Below, one piece after another: positions 37,181-51,698 of a DNA stretch of 64,000 nt. How positions within the stretch are numbered: position 1 is the stretch's first letter; each line of letters starts with the position of its first letter. Made by a program: the position numbers and the translations under genes. The DNA is taken from the NCBI GenBank assembly GCA_043228905.1, contig JBHGNT010000006.1, positions 19,530,001-19,594,000 on the forward strand, in the 5' to 3' direction. This DNA comes from Azolla caroliniana. Its lineage: Eukaryota > Plantae > Polypodiophyta. The notes under the pieces were generated by a model. The model did no database searches. It worked only from the letters and a program-made list of their open reading frames with translations, and was not told the DNA's origin.

Positions 37181-38374
37181 TGTTAGGATCTCAGTCCCTC
37201 CGGATGGGATATGAAGGCCCGACATCGGAAGACCGGGTGAGAATCGGATGTGAAGTACCCGGCAACGGAAGACCCGATGAGAACTGGATGTGGAGTACCC
37301 GACAACGGAAGAACCGGTGAGAACCGGATGACGAGTACCTGGCAAGGAAGACCCGGTGAGAACCGGATGACGAGTACCCAGCAAGGAAGACCCGGTGAGA
37401 ATCGGATGATGCAGACCGGGTGAGAACCGGATGACGAGTACCCGACAAGGTGATAGGAACTCAACCGCTCCTTACGCACAACGCTCGGCCATAACCGAGC
37501 TTAGAATCATACACAGAAAAAACGGGAAATAAAACACGACACGAAGAAGAAGCGAGTGCACAGGATGTTTACGTGGAAAACCCAAAGAGGGAAAAACCAC
37601 GGCAGCCCACAGGCTGCAAGCTATCACTATGCTAGAATGTACAACAGTGAGTTCATGGAGGCAACGACCTCGTGCTCACGATCCTCGCCACAGGCGGTGG
37701 TTACAACAAAGGCAACGACCTCTTTCTCTCTCTCTCTCTCTGTACACTGTTACACGTTCACTCTATTCTTGCACCAACAAGAATGACAACAACCACTAAA
37801 AGTTTGCCCTAAGTCATATTTATACTAATATGACTTTTCGGCTATTTACAAATATAGCCTCGATGGACTCTCAGAAACATATTTACGAATATGTCTCTTC
37901 ATCCGGTGAGCATTCCTCACCGGGTCTGCGCCATCCGGCTCTCCATAGCCGGGTACTCCTCATCCGGTTCTCACCGGGTCTGCACCATCCGGCTCTCCGT
38001 AGCCGGGTACTCCTCATCCGGTCCTCACCGGGGCTGCACCATCCGGCTCTCCGTAGCCGGGTACTCCTCATCCGGTCCTCAGCGGGTCTGCACCATCCAG
38101 CTCTCCGTAGCCAGGTACTCCTATCCGGTCCTCACCGGGTCTGCACCATCCGGCTCTCCGTAGCCGGGTACTCCTCATCCGGTCCTCAGCGGGTCTGCAC
38201 CATCCAGCTCTCCGTAGCCAGGTACTCCTCATCCGGTCCTCACCGGGTCTGCACCATCCGGCTCTCCGTAGCAGGGTACTCCTCATACGGTTTCGGCCTC
38301 GGCCGAGTTTGTTCATCAACACTGTTCTTCTCCCTTCCCCTCCGAAGGGACCTGTCTCCCAACAAACTCCCCCT

Positions 38375-41300
38375 TCACTCCGGCATGGGGTGTGTTACTA
38401 GTTCGGTCCTCTTCCGGCATGCATCCAGCTTGTCGGGTATCAGCACTTTGGTCAGCATATCTGACCCGTTCTCGGCCGTGTGGATCTTTGTCAGTGCCAA
38501 CTCCTGGTCATCTACTCTTTCCCGGATCCAGTGATACCTTCGCTGGATATGCTTCATCCGGGAATGGTAGGCTGCATTCTTAGCAAGGTGGATGACACTT
38601 TGACTGTCGCAATAGAGTCGGTATTCATCTTGCCGGATACCGAGCTCTCCGATGAGGTCCTTCATCCATAATATTTCCTTGCCGGCTTCCACAGCTGCCA
38701 TGTACTCCGCCTCCGTGGTTGACAATGCAACCGTCTTCTGCAGCCTCGACTGCCACGAAACATCTCCCCCTGCATATGTCATTACATACCCGGATGTAGA
38801 CCGGCTAGTATCCACATCAACCGACATGTCCGAATCGGTGAAACCGTCAAGTTGAGGTTTTCCGGAGCCGAATCGGAGACACATATTTGAAGTGCCCTTC
38901 AAATACCGGAGTATCCATTTGACCGCGTTCTAGTGCTCCTTGCCGGGATTGCTCATGAACCGGCTCACCACTCCGACTGCGTATCCAATGTCCGGTCGGG
39001 TACAAACCATTGCGTACATCAAGCTCCCGATGGCAGAGGCATATGGAATCTTAATCATATACGCCTTCTCTGCTTTCGTCTTCGGGCTTTGCTTACCGGA
39101 TAGCTTGCAGTTTGCCAGAAGTGTCGATTCGACCAGTTCCGCATCTGACATGTTGAACCGGTGAAGCACCTTTGTCACGTACTTCTCCTGTGACAGTCAT
39201 AATTGCTTCGTTGACCGGTCCCGAATGATGTGCATCCCCAACATCTGTCTTGCCGGACCCAAGTCTTTCATTGAGAAGGTCCGGTTGAGAGCCTTCTTCA
39301 GCATCCGTATTTTTACTTGGTCCCATCCGACGATCAACATGTCGTCCACGTACAAAAGGAGTATCAGGAAGTTGCCTCCTTCAAACTTCTTCACAAACAC
39401 GCAGTGATGGGCCTGCGTCTTGTGGTACCCTTGATCGGTCATGAAGGAGTCGAACTTCCGGTACCATTGCCGGGGGGCCTGCTTCAACCCGTAGAGGCTC
39501 TTCTTCAACCGGCACACCATTCCCTTTCTCCACGAATCCCTCCGGTTGCTGCATGTAGATCTCCTCTTCGAGGTCGCTGTGAAGGAATGCCGTCTTCACG
39601 TCCAGCTGTTCTACCTCGAGGTCCATGCTTGCCGCTATACTTAGCACCGTCCGGAAGGAGGTCATCTTTACTATCGGGGCAAATATCTCGTCAAAGTCCA
39701 CGCCCTTTTTCTGCTGGAACTCCTTCACCACGATCCTGGCTTTGTATCTCGGAGGGTTGCTGGCATCTCCCGGTTTCAACTTGTACACCCACTTGTTTCG
39801 GAGTGGCCGCTTTCCTTTCGGCAACTCCACCAATTCGTACGTATGGTTCTCATGCAGGGAATACATCTCATACTACATGGCACTTAACCATTTGCGGCTG
39901 TGGGTGTCATCCTTCGCTTCTTCGAAGCTTTCCGGCTCCCCCTCATCGGTCAGCAGAACATGCTCTACATCCGGAAATCTCCGGGGCGCCCTTCTCTCTC
40001 TGAGAGGATATCTCCGTCTTCGAGCTTCGGTAACCGGCTCCTCCATATGCTCTTCATCCGAATCCGATTCGGGGTCTTGGCCGGTTCCGGTTTCAGCTTC
40101 CTCTACTTCTTCTTCTGCCGGTTCGATATCCTCACTGTAACCGGCTGGCTCCTCGAGTGCTAACCGGTCTCTTGCCGGTTGGGTGTGCTCATCGTAGAGT
40201 CGATCCTTACCGGTCGACTCGGAGTTCATTATCTTCTTTTCCGACTCCCAGTCGGCGAGCGTCTTGTCCTCCATGAAGATAATATCTCGACTCCGGAATA
40301 CCTTCTTGTTGACCAGGTCCCACACTCGGTAGCCGAACTCATCGTCACCGTAACCGAGGAATATGCATGGCCGGGTCTTTGGATCTAACTTTCCTCTCCG
40401 GTCCTTAGCTACATGCACGTACGCGAAACACCCGAACACCTTCAGATGCCGGTAGGATACTTCCTTACCGGTTCACACTCTCTGTGGCGTTTCTCCGTCC
40501 AAGGGTATTCAGGGTGATCTAATTATCACATATGTTGACGTCGACAATGCCTCAGCCCAAAACTTCTTGGGTAGTTTTGCATGCGCTAGCATACTCCGGA
40601 CCCTCTCCATTATGGTCCGGTTCATCCTCTCGGCCAGTCCGTTTAGTTCCGGCGTCTTCGGCACGGTAAATTTGAGCCGGATTCCCTTCGAGCGGCAGTA
40701 CTCCTCGAATTGCCCCCGGTATTCTCCTCCGTTATCTGCTCGAACCGCCTTCAGCTTCCAGCCGGTTTCTCTTTCCACTCTCGCGTGGAGCTCTTTGAAG
40801 ACAGATAACACCTGATCCTTCATCTTCAACGGTGTGGCCCACAACTTCCGGCTGTGGTCATCTATGAACGTCACGAAGTACTGCGCTCCGGCATGTGACT
40901 TCGTGTCTACTTGACACACATCCGTATGCACCAACTCCAGTGGTGCATTACGTCTCATCGGTGGCCTTGGTCGGAAGGAGGTCCGGTTTTGCTTACCGGC
41001 CAAACACTCAGTGCAGTTCTCCAAGTGCACTTTCTTCACTGGAATGAGGTTGTCATTTGCAAGCCTCTTCATCCCCTTCTCGTTCATGTGACAGAGCCTC
41101 TTGTGCCACAGCTCACCGACAGTGTCGGATGCCATGTTCACTTCTTCCGGACATAACCGAGCATTCATCAGGTACAATGTGTTTACCTTTCGGGCCCGAG
41201 CCACAATCAAGCTCCCTTTGCTGAACGTCATGACACCGTTCCGGATGCTACCCGTGTAGGCCTCATCATCTAGCCGACCGGTTGATATCAGGTTCAGTCG

Positions 41301-42326
41301 AACCTCCGGAACGTGTCGGACATCCCTCAGCAGCAACTTGCATCCGGTTGGTATCGACAGCCACACGTTTCCTATGCCAACAATTCGGCATGTACCTTCA
41401 TTCCCCATCCGGATACAGCCGTGATCACCGGCTGAGTAGGATGAGAGGCATTTCCGGTCCGGGGTAAGGTGGAATGACGCTCCTGAGTCTACCACCCAGG
41501 TCATCTCGTCGCCGGCAAGGTTTATCTCACTCTCCTTGGTGATGAGCATCAACTCCTCTTCACTTGCCGCGATTGCCGTCGTTCCCTTCCGGTCCGGCCC
41601 CCTCCGGTCTTTACCGTTCTGGTTCGAGGTCCGCTTCGAATCGGTACCTTCAGTCTCCTTATCTTTTCGGAAATGCCGACAGTTCGTTTGGAAGTGTCCC
41701 GGCTTGCCGCAATAGAAGCAAGTGGGCCTCCCCCTTGACTTTGACCATGTCCCCGACTTCTCCCGGTTCTGGGGACTACGGTTTCTATGTCTTCTACGTT
41801 CCGATTCGGTAAGGAGCACTTTGGAGTCGGAGCTCGTATCTTTATCTTTCCGACGCGCTTCCTCATCTAGCAAGCTCGACTTTACTCTTGCTAGGGATAA
41901 CCGTTTTCCTTCCGGCCCGGCGTTGCCCAAAGTGACAACCAACGTTTCCCAGCTATCCGGGAGGGAACCAAGCAGGAGTAGCGCTAGTACCTCATCGGCG
42001 AGAGGTACTTCCAATGAAGTTTCCTGGTGGATCAGTCCCTGGAAGGCATTCATGTGCTGCACCATGCTGGAGCCATCTTGGTACCGGAGTCTTACTAGCT
42101 TCCGGAATACCGAAACCTGATTAACAACATTTTTGTTCTGAAACATTATGCCGAGCTTGTCCCAGAGCTCATGAGCCTTGCTCTCTTCATTGAAGTTGTT
42201 GTACAGGCTCATGTCGATGAAGCACTGTATGTACGCCGTTGTCTTCATGTGCATCAACTCCCATATCGCGGCGTCGATTTTGTCTGGTCTCTTGTCCCCG
42301 AACTGAACCGGCAGCTAGAGGTCTTT
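38375..42326 (-). pseudogene. Copia A gag-pol polyprotein, 5'-truncated and disrupted
   Basis: ORFs 40509-42257 (gag, protease DSGASFH, integrase), 39873-40439, 39381-39866, 39197-39520 (YVDDM) and 38375-38902 (RNase H). Confidence 0.88.
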
Positions 42327-43151
42327 TGACGGGAACCCAACGTTCCTTATGCACAACGCTCGGCCACAACCGAGCTTAGAATGATACACAGAAAAACGGG
42401 AAATAAAACGCGACACAAAGAAGGAGAGAATACACAGGAGGTTTACGTGGAAAACCTCAAACTAGGGGAAAAACCACGGCAGCCCACAGGCTGCAAACTA
42501 TCACTATGTAGGAATATACAACAGTGAGTTCACTGAGGCAATGACCTCGTGCTCACAGATCTTCGCCACAGGCGGCGGTTACAACAGAGGCAACGACCTC
42601 GTCTCTCTCTCTCTCTCTCTGTACAGTTACGCACTCTCTCTTCTTCTTGCACCAACAAGGAAGAATGACAACAACCTACATATTAGTTTGCCCTAAGTCA
42701 TATTTATACTAATATGACTTTTCGGCTATTTACAAATATAGCCACGATGGGCTCTCAGAAACATATTTACGAATATGTCTCTTCCTCCGGTTCATACCGG
42801 GTCTGCACCATCCGGCTCTCCGTAGCCGGGTACTCCTCATCCGGTTCGTACCGGGCCTGCACCATCCGGCTCTCCGTAGCCGGGTACTCCTCGTCCGGTT
42901 CATACTGGGTCTGCACCATCCGGCTCTCCGTAGCCGGGTACTCCTCATCCGGTTCATACCGGGCTTGCACCATCTGGCTCTCCGTAGCCGGGTACTCCTC
43001 ATCCGGTTCATACCGGGCCTGCACCATCTGGCTCTTCGTAGCCGGGGTCCTCCTCATTCGGTTTCCTTCCCATCCGGAGGGACCGTCACTGATCGTCACT
43101 GATCTTCTTCCTTCCCATCCGGAGGGACCTGTCTCCCAACAAACACCCCCT

Positions 43152-44728
43152 TCACTCCGGCATGGGGTGTCTTACCAGTTCGATCCTCTTCCGGCATGCG
43201 TCCAGCTTGTCGGGTGTCAGCACTTTGGTCAGCATATCTGACCCGTTCTCGGCCGTGTGGATCTTCGTTTGTGCGAACTCCTGGTCATCTACTCTTTCCC
43301 GGATCCAGTGATACCTCCGCTGGATATGCTTCATCCGGGAATGGTAGGCCGCATTCTTAGTAAGGTGGATGGCACTTTGACTGTCGCAGTAGAGTCGGTA
43401 TTCCTCTTGCCGGATACCGAGCTCTTCGATGAAGTCCTTCATCCATAGTATTGCCTTGCCGGCTTCCACAACCGCCATGTACTCCGCCTCTGTGGTTGAC
43501 AATGCAACCGTCTTCTGCAGCCTCGACTGCCACGAAACAGCTCCCCCTGCATATGTCATCACATATCCGTGTAGGCCTCATCATCTAGCCGACCGGTTGA
43601 TATCAGGTTCAGTCGAACCTCCGAAACGTGTCGAACATCCCTCAACAGCAACTTGCATCCGGTTGGTGTCGACAGCCACACGTCTCCTATGCCGATAATT
43701 CGGCATGTACCTTCATTTCCCATCCGGACACAGCTGTGATCACGGGCTGCGTAGAATGAGAAGCATTTACGGTCCGGGGTAAGGTGAAACGACGCTCTGG
43801 AATCTACCACCCAGGTCATCTCGTCGCCGGCAAGGTTTATCTCACTCTCCTCGGTGATGAGCATCAACTCCTCTTCACTTGCCGCGATTGCTGTTGTTCC
43901 CTTCCGGTCCGGTCCCCTACGGTCTTTATCGTTCCGGTTCGGTGTCCGCTTCGAATCGGTGCCGTCGGTTTCCTTGTCTTTACGGAAGTGCCGACAGTTC
44001 TTCTGGAAGTGTCCCGGCTTGCCGCAATAGAAGCAAGTAGGCCTCCCCCTTGACTTTGACCGTGTCCCCGACTTCTCCCGGTTCTGGGGACTACAGTTTC
44101 TATGTTTTCCGCGTTCCGATTCGGTAAGGAGCACTTTGGAGTCGGAGCTCGTATCCTTATCTTTCCGACGTGCCTCCTCATCCAGCAAGGTCGACTTCAC
44201 TCTTGCTAGGGATAACTGTTTTCCTTCCGGCCCGGCGTTGCCCAAAGTGACGACCAACGTCTCCCAGCTATCCGGGAGGGAACCGAGCAGGAGTAGTGCT
44301 AGTACCTCATCGGCGAGAGGTACTTCCAATGATGTTGCCTGGTGTATCAACCCCTGGAAGGCATTCATGTGCTCCGCCATGCTGGAGCCATCTTGGTACC
44401 GGAGTCTTACTAGCTTCCGGAATACCGAGACCTGATTAACAACATTTTTGTTTTGAAACATTATGCCGATCTTCTCCCAGAGCTCATGAGCCTGGCTCTC
44501 TTCATTGAAGGTTTTGTACAGGCTCATGTCGATGAAGCACCGTATTTATGTTGTTGTCTTCATGTGCATCACCTCCCATATCGCGGCGTCGATTTTGTCC
44601 AGTCTCTTGTCCCCGAACTGAACCGGCAGCCAGAGGTCTTTAACCACGAGCATGTCCCTCATCTTCGACTTCCACACTGAATAGTTGGAGCCGGTTAGCT
44701 TGAACATGCTGCCAAACGATTCGTCCAT
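43152..44728 (-). pseudogene. Second copia gag-protease fused by deletion to the RNase H end
   Basis: ORFs 44546-44728, 43559-44527 and 43152-43562; junction at ~43566 removes integrase and RT. Confidence 0.85.
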
Positions 44729-46087
44729 TTTCTGTGTCGTTTCGCTCTGATACCACCTGATAGGAACTCAACCGCTCCTTACGCACAACGCTCGGCCACA
44801 ACCGAGCTTAGAATCATACACAGAAAAAACGGGAATTAAAACACGACACGAAGAAGAAGCGAGTGCACAGGATGTTTACGTGCAAAACCCAAAGAGGGAA
44901 AAACCATGGCAGCCCACAGGCTGCAAGCTATCACTATGCTAGAATGTACAACAGTGAGTTCACGGAGGCAATGACCTCGTGCTCACGATCCTCGCCACAG
45001 GCGGCGGTTACAACAGAGGCAACGACTTCTTTCTCTCTCTCTCTCTCTCTCTGTACAGTGTTACACGCTCACTCTATTCTTGCACCAACAAGAATGACAA
45101 CAACCACTAAAAGTTTTCCCTAAGTCATATTTATACTAATATGACTTTTCGGCTATTTACAAATATAGACTCGATGGACTCTCAGAAACATATTTACGAA
45201 TATGTCTCTTCATCCGGTGAGCATTCCTCACCGGGTCTGCGCCATCCGGCTCTCCATAGCCGGGTACTCCTCATCCGGTTCTCACCGGGTCTGCACCATC
45301 TGGCTCTCCGTAGCCGGGTACTCCTCATCCGGTCCTCACCGGGTCTGCACCATCCGGCTCTCCGTAGCCGGGTACTCCTCATCCGGTCCTCACCGGGTTT
45401 GCACCATCCGGCTCTCCGTAGCCGGGTACTCCTCATCCGGTCCTCACCAGGTCTGCACCATCCGGCTCTCCGTAGCTGGGTACTCCTCATCAGCACTGTT
45501 CTTCTCCCTTCCCATCCGGAGGGACCTGTCTCCCAACACAAGGAAGACCCGGTGAGAACCGGATGTTGCAGGCCCGGTGAGAACCTCTCACCGGATGAAG
45601 GGACATATATGTAGATATGTTTCTGAGAGCCCATTGGGGCTATATCTGTAAATAGTCCTAATGTCATATAGTATAAATGTGACCTAGGGCAAACAGTGTG
45701 GAGAAGATTATTGTTGTTATTATCTTTGTATAGTGTAATTAGTGTAACGACTGTACAGTGAGAGAGAGAGAGAGAGAGCGATACAGAGCATGTCTCTGTT
45801 GTAACCGCCGCCAGGTGAAGATTGTGAGCAAGAGGTCGTTGCCTCTGTGCTCCCTGTTGTACTCCTTAACATAGTGATAGTTTGGAGTCTGTGGACTCCC
45901 ATGGTTTTTCCCTCTCAGGGTTTTCCACATTAACATCCTATGTATTCTCTTTCTGTTTGTGTACTTACCTCCATCCCCATTTCTTCTGTGTTTGATTGTC
46001 ATCAAGTGATCTACGCTTTGGTTGTGGCCGGAGATTATTCTGCTGATTTCTTGACAAACTGGTATCAGAGCGAAACGATGCAGAAAA

Positions 46088-49000
46088 ATGGATGATTCGT
46101 TGGGAGGCATGTTCAAGCTCAATGACTCCAACTACTCAGTGTGGATGTCAAAGATGACGGGCATGCTCGTGGTTAAAGATCTTTGGTTGCCGGTTCAGTT
46201 CGGGGACAAGAGACCAGACAAAATCGATGCCACGATATGGGAGGTGATGCACATGAAGACACCGACGTACATACGGTGCTTCATCGACATGAGTCTATAC
46301 AACAACTTCAATGAAGAGAGCAAGGCTCATGAGCTCTGGGAGAAAATCGACATTATGTTTCAGAACAAAAATGCTGTTAATCAAATTTCGGTATTTCGGA
46401 AGCTAGTAAGACTCCGGTACCAAGATGGCTCCAACATGGCAGAGCACATGAATGCCTACCAGGGGCTGATCCACCAGGCAACATCATTGGAAGTACCTCT
46501 CGTCGATGAGGTACTAGCACTACTCCTGCTCGGTTCCCTCCTAGATAGTTGGGAGACATTGGTTGTCACTTTGGGCAACGCCGGGCCGGAAGGGAAACGG
46601 TTATCCCTAGCAAGAGTGAAGTCGAGCTTGCTAGATGAGGAGGTGCGTCGGAAAGACAAGATACGAGCTCCGACTCCAAAGCTCTCCTTACCGAATCAGA
46701 ACGCGGAAGACAAAGGAACCGTAGTCCCCAGAACCGGGAAAAGTCGGGGACACGATCAAAGTCAAGGGGGAGGCCTACTTGCTTCTATTGTGGCAAGTTG
46801 GGACACTTCCAAAAGAACTATTGGCACTTCCGAAAAGACAAGGAAACCGACGGTACCAATTCGAAGCGGACACCAGACCAGAACGGTAAAGACCGGAGGG
46901 GACCGGACCAGAAGGGAACGACGACAATCGTGGCAAGTGAAGAAGAGTTGATGCTCATCACCGAGGAGAGTGAGTTGAACCTTGCCGGCGATGAGACAAC
47001 GTGGGTTGTCGATTCCAAAGCGTCGTTCCACCTTACCCCGGAGCGGAAATGCTTCTCATCCTACACAGCCGGTGATAACGGCTGTGTCCGGATGGGGAAT
47101 GAAGGTACATGCCGAATTGTCGGCATAGGAGACGTGTGATTGACAACACCAACCGGATGCAAGCTGCTGTTGAAGGATGTCCGAGACGTTCCGGAGGTTC
47201 GACTGAACCTGATATCAGCCGGTCGGCTAGATGATGAGGGCTACACGGGTAGCATCTGGAACGGAGTCATGAAATTCAGCAAAGGGAGCCTGATAGTGGC
47301 TCGGGCCCGGAAGGTCAACATGCTGTACCTGATGAATGCTCGGTTATGCCCGGAAGAAGTGAACGTGGCTTCCGACCATGCCAGTGAGCTGTGGCACAAG
47401 AGACTGTGTCACATGAGCGTGAAGGGGATGAAAAGGCTTGCTGATGACAACCTCATTCTGGTGAAGAACTTGCATCTTGAGAAGTGCACCGACTGCTTAG
47501 CCGGTAAGCAAAACCGGACCTCCTTCCAATCAAGGACACCGATGAGACGTAATGCACCATTGGAGTTGGTGCATACCGATGTGTGTCAAGTGGACACGAA
47601 GTCCCATCCCGGAGCGCAGTACTTCGTGAAGTTCATAGATGACCACAGCAGGAGGCTGTGGGCCACACCGTTGAAGACGAAGGATTAGGTGTTATTCTTC
47701 TTCAAGGAGCTCCACGCAAGAGTGGAAAGAGAAACCGGACGAAAGCTGAAGGCGGTTCGAGCAGATAATGGAAGGGAATACCGGGGGCAATTCGAGGAGT
47801 ACTGCCACTCGAAGGGAATCCGACTCGAATTTGCCGTGCCGAAGACTCCGGAACTAAACAAGCTAGCCGAGAGGATGAACCAGACCATAATGGAGAGGGT
47901 CAGGAGTATGCCAGCACATGCTAAACTACCAAGACGTTTTGGGCTGAGGCGCTGTCGACAACGACGTATGTGATAAACAGATCACCCTCAGGGCCCTTGG
48001 ATGGAGACACTCCGCAAAAGGTTTGGACCGGTAAGGAAGTGTCCTACCGGCATTTGAAGGTGTTCGGGTGTCTCGCGTACGTGCATGTTGCTAAGGACCG
48101 GAGAGGAAAATTGGATCAAAAGACCCGGCCATGCATATTCCTCGGATACGGCAATGATGAGTTCGGCTACCAAGTGTGGGATCCGGTTGACAAGAAGGTT
48201 TTCTGGAGCCGAGATATTATCTTCATGGAGGAAAAGACTCTTGCCGACTGGGAGTCGAAGAAGAAGATAATGAACTCCGATGAGATTTGGACCCACCCGG
48301 CTAAGAGCCGGTTGACACTCGAGGAACCAGCCAGTTACGGTGAGGATACCGAACCGGTAGAAGAAGAAGTAGAGGAAGCTGAAACCAGAACCGGCCAAGA
48401 CCGCGAATCGGATTCAGATGAAGAACAAATAGAGGAGCCGGTTGCCGAAAGCCAAAGACATAGATATCCTCTTAGAGAGAGAAGCCCCCCCCAGAGATTT
48501 CTGGATGCAGAGCATGTGCTGCTGATCGATGAGAGGGAGCCGGAAAGCTTCGAAGAAGCGAAGGATGACACCCATAGCCGCAAGTGGTTGAGTGCCATGC
48601 AGGACGAGATGGATTCCCTACATGAGAACCACACGTATGAATTGGTGGAGTTGCCGAAAGGAAAGAGGGCACTCTGAAACAAGTGGGTGTACAAGTTGAA
48701 ATCGGGAGATGCTGCAACCCTCCAAGGTACAAAGCCAGGATCGTGGTGAAGGGGTTCCAGTAGAAGAAGGGCGTGGACTTCGATGAGATATTTGCCCCGG
48801 TAGTAAAGATGACTTCCATCCGGACGGTGCTGAGCATAGCAGGAAGCATGGACCTCGAGGTAGAGTAGTTAGACGTGAAGACGACGTTCCTCCACGACGA
48901 CCTCGAAGAGGAGATCTACATGCAGCAACCGGAGGGATTTGTGAAGAAAGGGAAGGAGCACCTAGTCTGCCAGTTAAAAAAGAGCCTCTACGGGTTGAAG

Positions 49001-50106
49001 CAGGCTCCTCGGCAATGGTATCGGAAGTTCGACTCCTTCATGACCGATCAAGGGTACCACAAGACGTAGGCCGATCACTGCGTATTTGTGAAGAAGTTTG
49101 AAGGTGGAGACTTCTTGATACTCCTCTTGTATGTGGATGACATGTTGATTGTCGGACAAGACCAAGTCAAGATACAGATGCTGAAGAAGGCCCTGAACTG
49201 GACCTTCTCAATGAAAGACTTGGGTTCGGCAAGACAAATGCTAGGGATGCATATCATCCGGGACTGGCCAACGAAACAATTGTGGCTGTCACACGAGAAG
49301 TATGTGACAAAGGTGCTTCAGCAGTTCAACATGTCAGATGCGAAACCGGTCGGATCGACACTTCCGGCAAACTACAGGTTATCCGGTAAGCAAAGCCCGA
49401 AGACGAAGGCAGAGAAGGTGGATATGATGAAGATACCATATGCCTCTATCATCGGGAGCCTAATGTACGCAATGGTGTGTACCCGACCGGATATCGGATA
49501 TGTAGTCGGAGTGGTGAGCTGGTTTATGAGCAATCCCGGCAAGGAGCATTGGAATGCGGTAAAATGGATACTCCGATACTTGAAAGGCACCTCAAGTATG
49601 TGTCTCCGATTTGGCTCAAGTAAACCCCAACTTGACGGTTTCACCGATTCGGATATGTTGGCTGATGCGAATACCAACCAGTCAACATCCGGATATGTCA
49701 TGACATATGCGGGGGGAGCTATTTCGTGGCAATCGAGGCTGCAGAAGACGGTTGCGTTGTCAACCACGGAAGCGGAGTACATGGTGGCTGTGGAAGCCGG
49801 CAAGGAAATACTATGGATGAAGGACTTCATCGAAGAGCTAGGGATTCGGCAAGAGGAATACCGGCTCTATTGCGACAGTCAAAGTGCCATCCACCTTGCG
49901 AAGAACGTAGTATCATTCCAGGACGAAGCACATCCAGCGGAGGTACCACTGGATTCGGGAGCGAGTAGAAGACCAAGAGTTCGTGCTGATGAAGATCCAC
50001 ACGGAGGAGAACGGGTCGGATATGTTGACCAAGGTGCTGACGCCCGACAAGTTAGACGCATGCCGGAAGCGGATCGGATTGACGAGGCATCCCATACCGG
50101 AGTGAA
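46088..50106 (+). pseudogene. Copia C gag-pol polyprotein, disrupted
   Basis: Gag MDDSLGGMFKL, protease, integrase VHTDVC...RADNGREY, RT YVDDM and RNase H; several stops and frameshifts. Confidence 0.88.
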
Positions 50107-51698
50107 GGGGGAGTTTGTTAGGATCTCGGTCCCTCCAGATGGGATACGAAGGCCCGGCATCGGAAGACCCGGTGAGAACCGGATGTGGAGTACCCGGCAA
50201 CGGAAGACCCGGTGAGAACCAGATCTGGAGTACCTGGTAAGGGAAGACCCGGCGAGAACCGGATGTGGAGTACCTAGAACCGGATGATGCAAACCCGGTG
50301 AGAACCGGATGACGAGTACCTGGCAAGGAAGACCCGATGAGAACTGGATGACGAGTACCCGACAAGGAAGACCCGGTGAGAACCGGATGTTGCAGGCCCG
50401 ATGAGAACTTCTCACCGGATGAAGGGACATATATGTAGATATGTTTCTGAGAGCCCATTGGGGCTATATCTGTAAATATTCCTAATGTCATATTAGTATA
50501 AATGTGACCTAGGGCAAACAGTGTGGAGAAGATTGTTGCTGTTATTATCGTTGCATAGCGTAATTGGTGTAACGACTGTACAGTGAAAGAGAGAGAGAGA
50601 GAGAGCGATACAGAGCATGTCTCTGTTGTAACTGCCGCCAGGTGAAGATTGTGAGCAAGAGATCGTTGCCTCTATGCTCCCTGTTGTACTCCTTGACATA
50701 GTGATAGTTTGGAGTCTGTGGACTCTCGTGGTTTTTCCCTCTCAGGGTTTTCCACGTTAACATCTTGTGTATTCTCTTTCTGTTTGTGTACTTACCTCCA
50801 TCCCCATTTCTTCTGTGTTTGATTGTCATCAAGTGATCTACGCTTCGGTTGTGGCCGGAGATTATTCCGCTGATTTCTAGACACAAAGCACATTGAAGTG
50901 CACTATCACTTCATCCGAGAGTGCGTTCTAGCTGGCGATGTCGACCTACAACACATTAGCACAAACCTTCAAACGACCGGCATCTTCACTAAGGCCTTAG
51001 GAGCCGACAAGCTATGGCAATTCATGACCGATTTCGGGTTGACGATCCTTGACCTGCCAAGCTTGAGGGGGAGTACTGAAGACACTATGCAATAACGCGT
51101 GGATTTCGCAACTGTGCAACGAAGCCGCGAAGAGAAGACACTACGTAATAACGCGTGGATTCCGCAACCGCGCAATGAAGCCACGAAGAGCCGATCTACA
51201 GCACAAAGCCGCGAAGAAAGACGCAAGCTAAAGCACGGACTTCGAACTACGCACAACGCAAGCTGGAGCACGGATTCCACAACTCCGTATAAATGAGAGT
51301 CGACGCGGACTCCAGAACACGAGTTGAAGCGCATTTCGGATACTGCTTGAAACCGACCCGACTTGAGCTTGAGGGGGTGTGTTGAGAATCAAGCTCAACT
51401 TGGTCTAGTGTGTGAACTCACCTTGAGAGTGAATAGACACTCCAATGGTCAAGAGTCACCATTATGTCACCACTTTGTATTCTAGCATTTAGTATGAGCC
51501 ATAGAATCATATTCTATGACACATAACTTATGAGCTTTCACATTCCCCATGCTCCATGAGTCTTGTAGTTAATGAAGAGAGAGGGTGACTATATAAAGCA
51601 CCCTCCTCCCACCTTGTATTATGTTGAGCCTTTCTCCTTTGTTAATATACTTTACTTTGCGTATTCTCTATGTCTTTACGTGGAAAACTACAAGAGAC

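Larger units (their letters stand above)
37451..45538 (-). mobile_element. Ty1/copia family A element with three LTRs (37451-38364, 42327-43141, 44758-45538)
   Basis: TSD CAAGG; PBS 44744-44755; two gag copies and two RNase H/PPT ends; 54-bp tandem repeats in each LTR. Confidence 0.92.
37181..50883 (+). mobile_element. Full-length Ty1/copia family C element: 5' LTR 37181-37450 + 45539-46056, 3' LTR 50116-50883
   Basis: TSD CAAAG on both sides; PBS TGGTATCAGAGC 46060-46071; gag ATG 46088; PPT 50100-50113; 39-40 bp tandem repeats in both LTRs. Confidence 0.93.
32337..51676 (+). mobile_element. Ty1/copia family B element hosting nested insertions: 5' LTR 32337-32720, truncated 3' LTR 51380-51676
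   Basis: PBS TGGTATTAGAGC at 32721; gag-pol 32871-37180 resumes at 50884-51095; PPT GAGCTTGAGGGGGTG before 51380; LTRs near-identical. Confidence 0.93.

Noticed and set aside
39317-42120. Plus-strand ORFs opposite copia pol (and similar antisense ORFs across other elements)
   Set aside because: Shadow ORFs of GC-rich coding sequence with no independent evidence.
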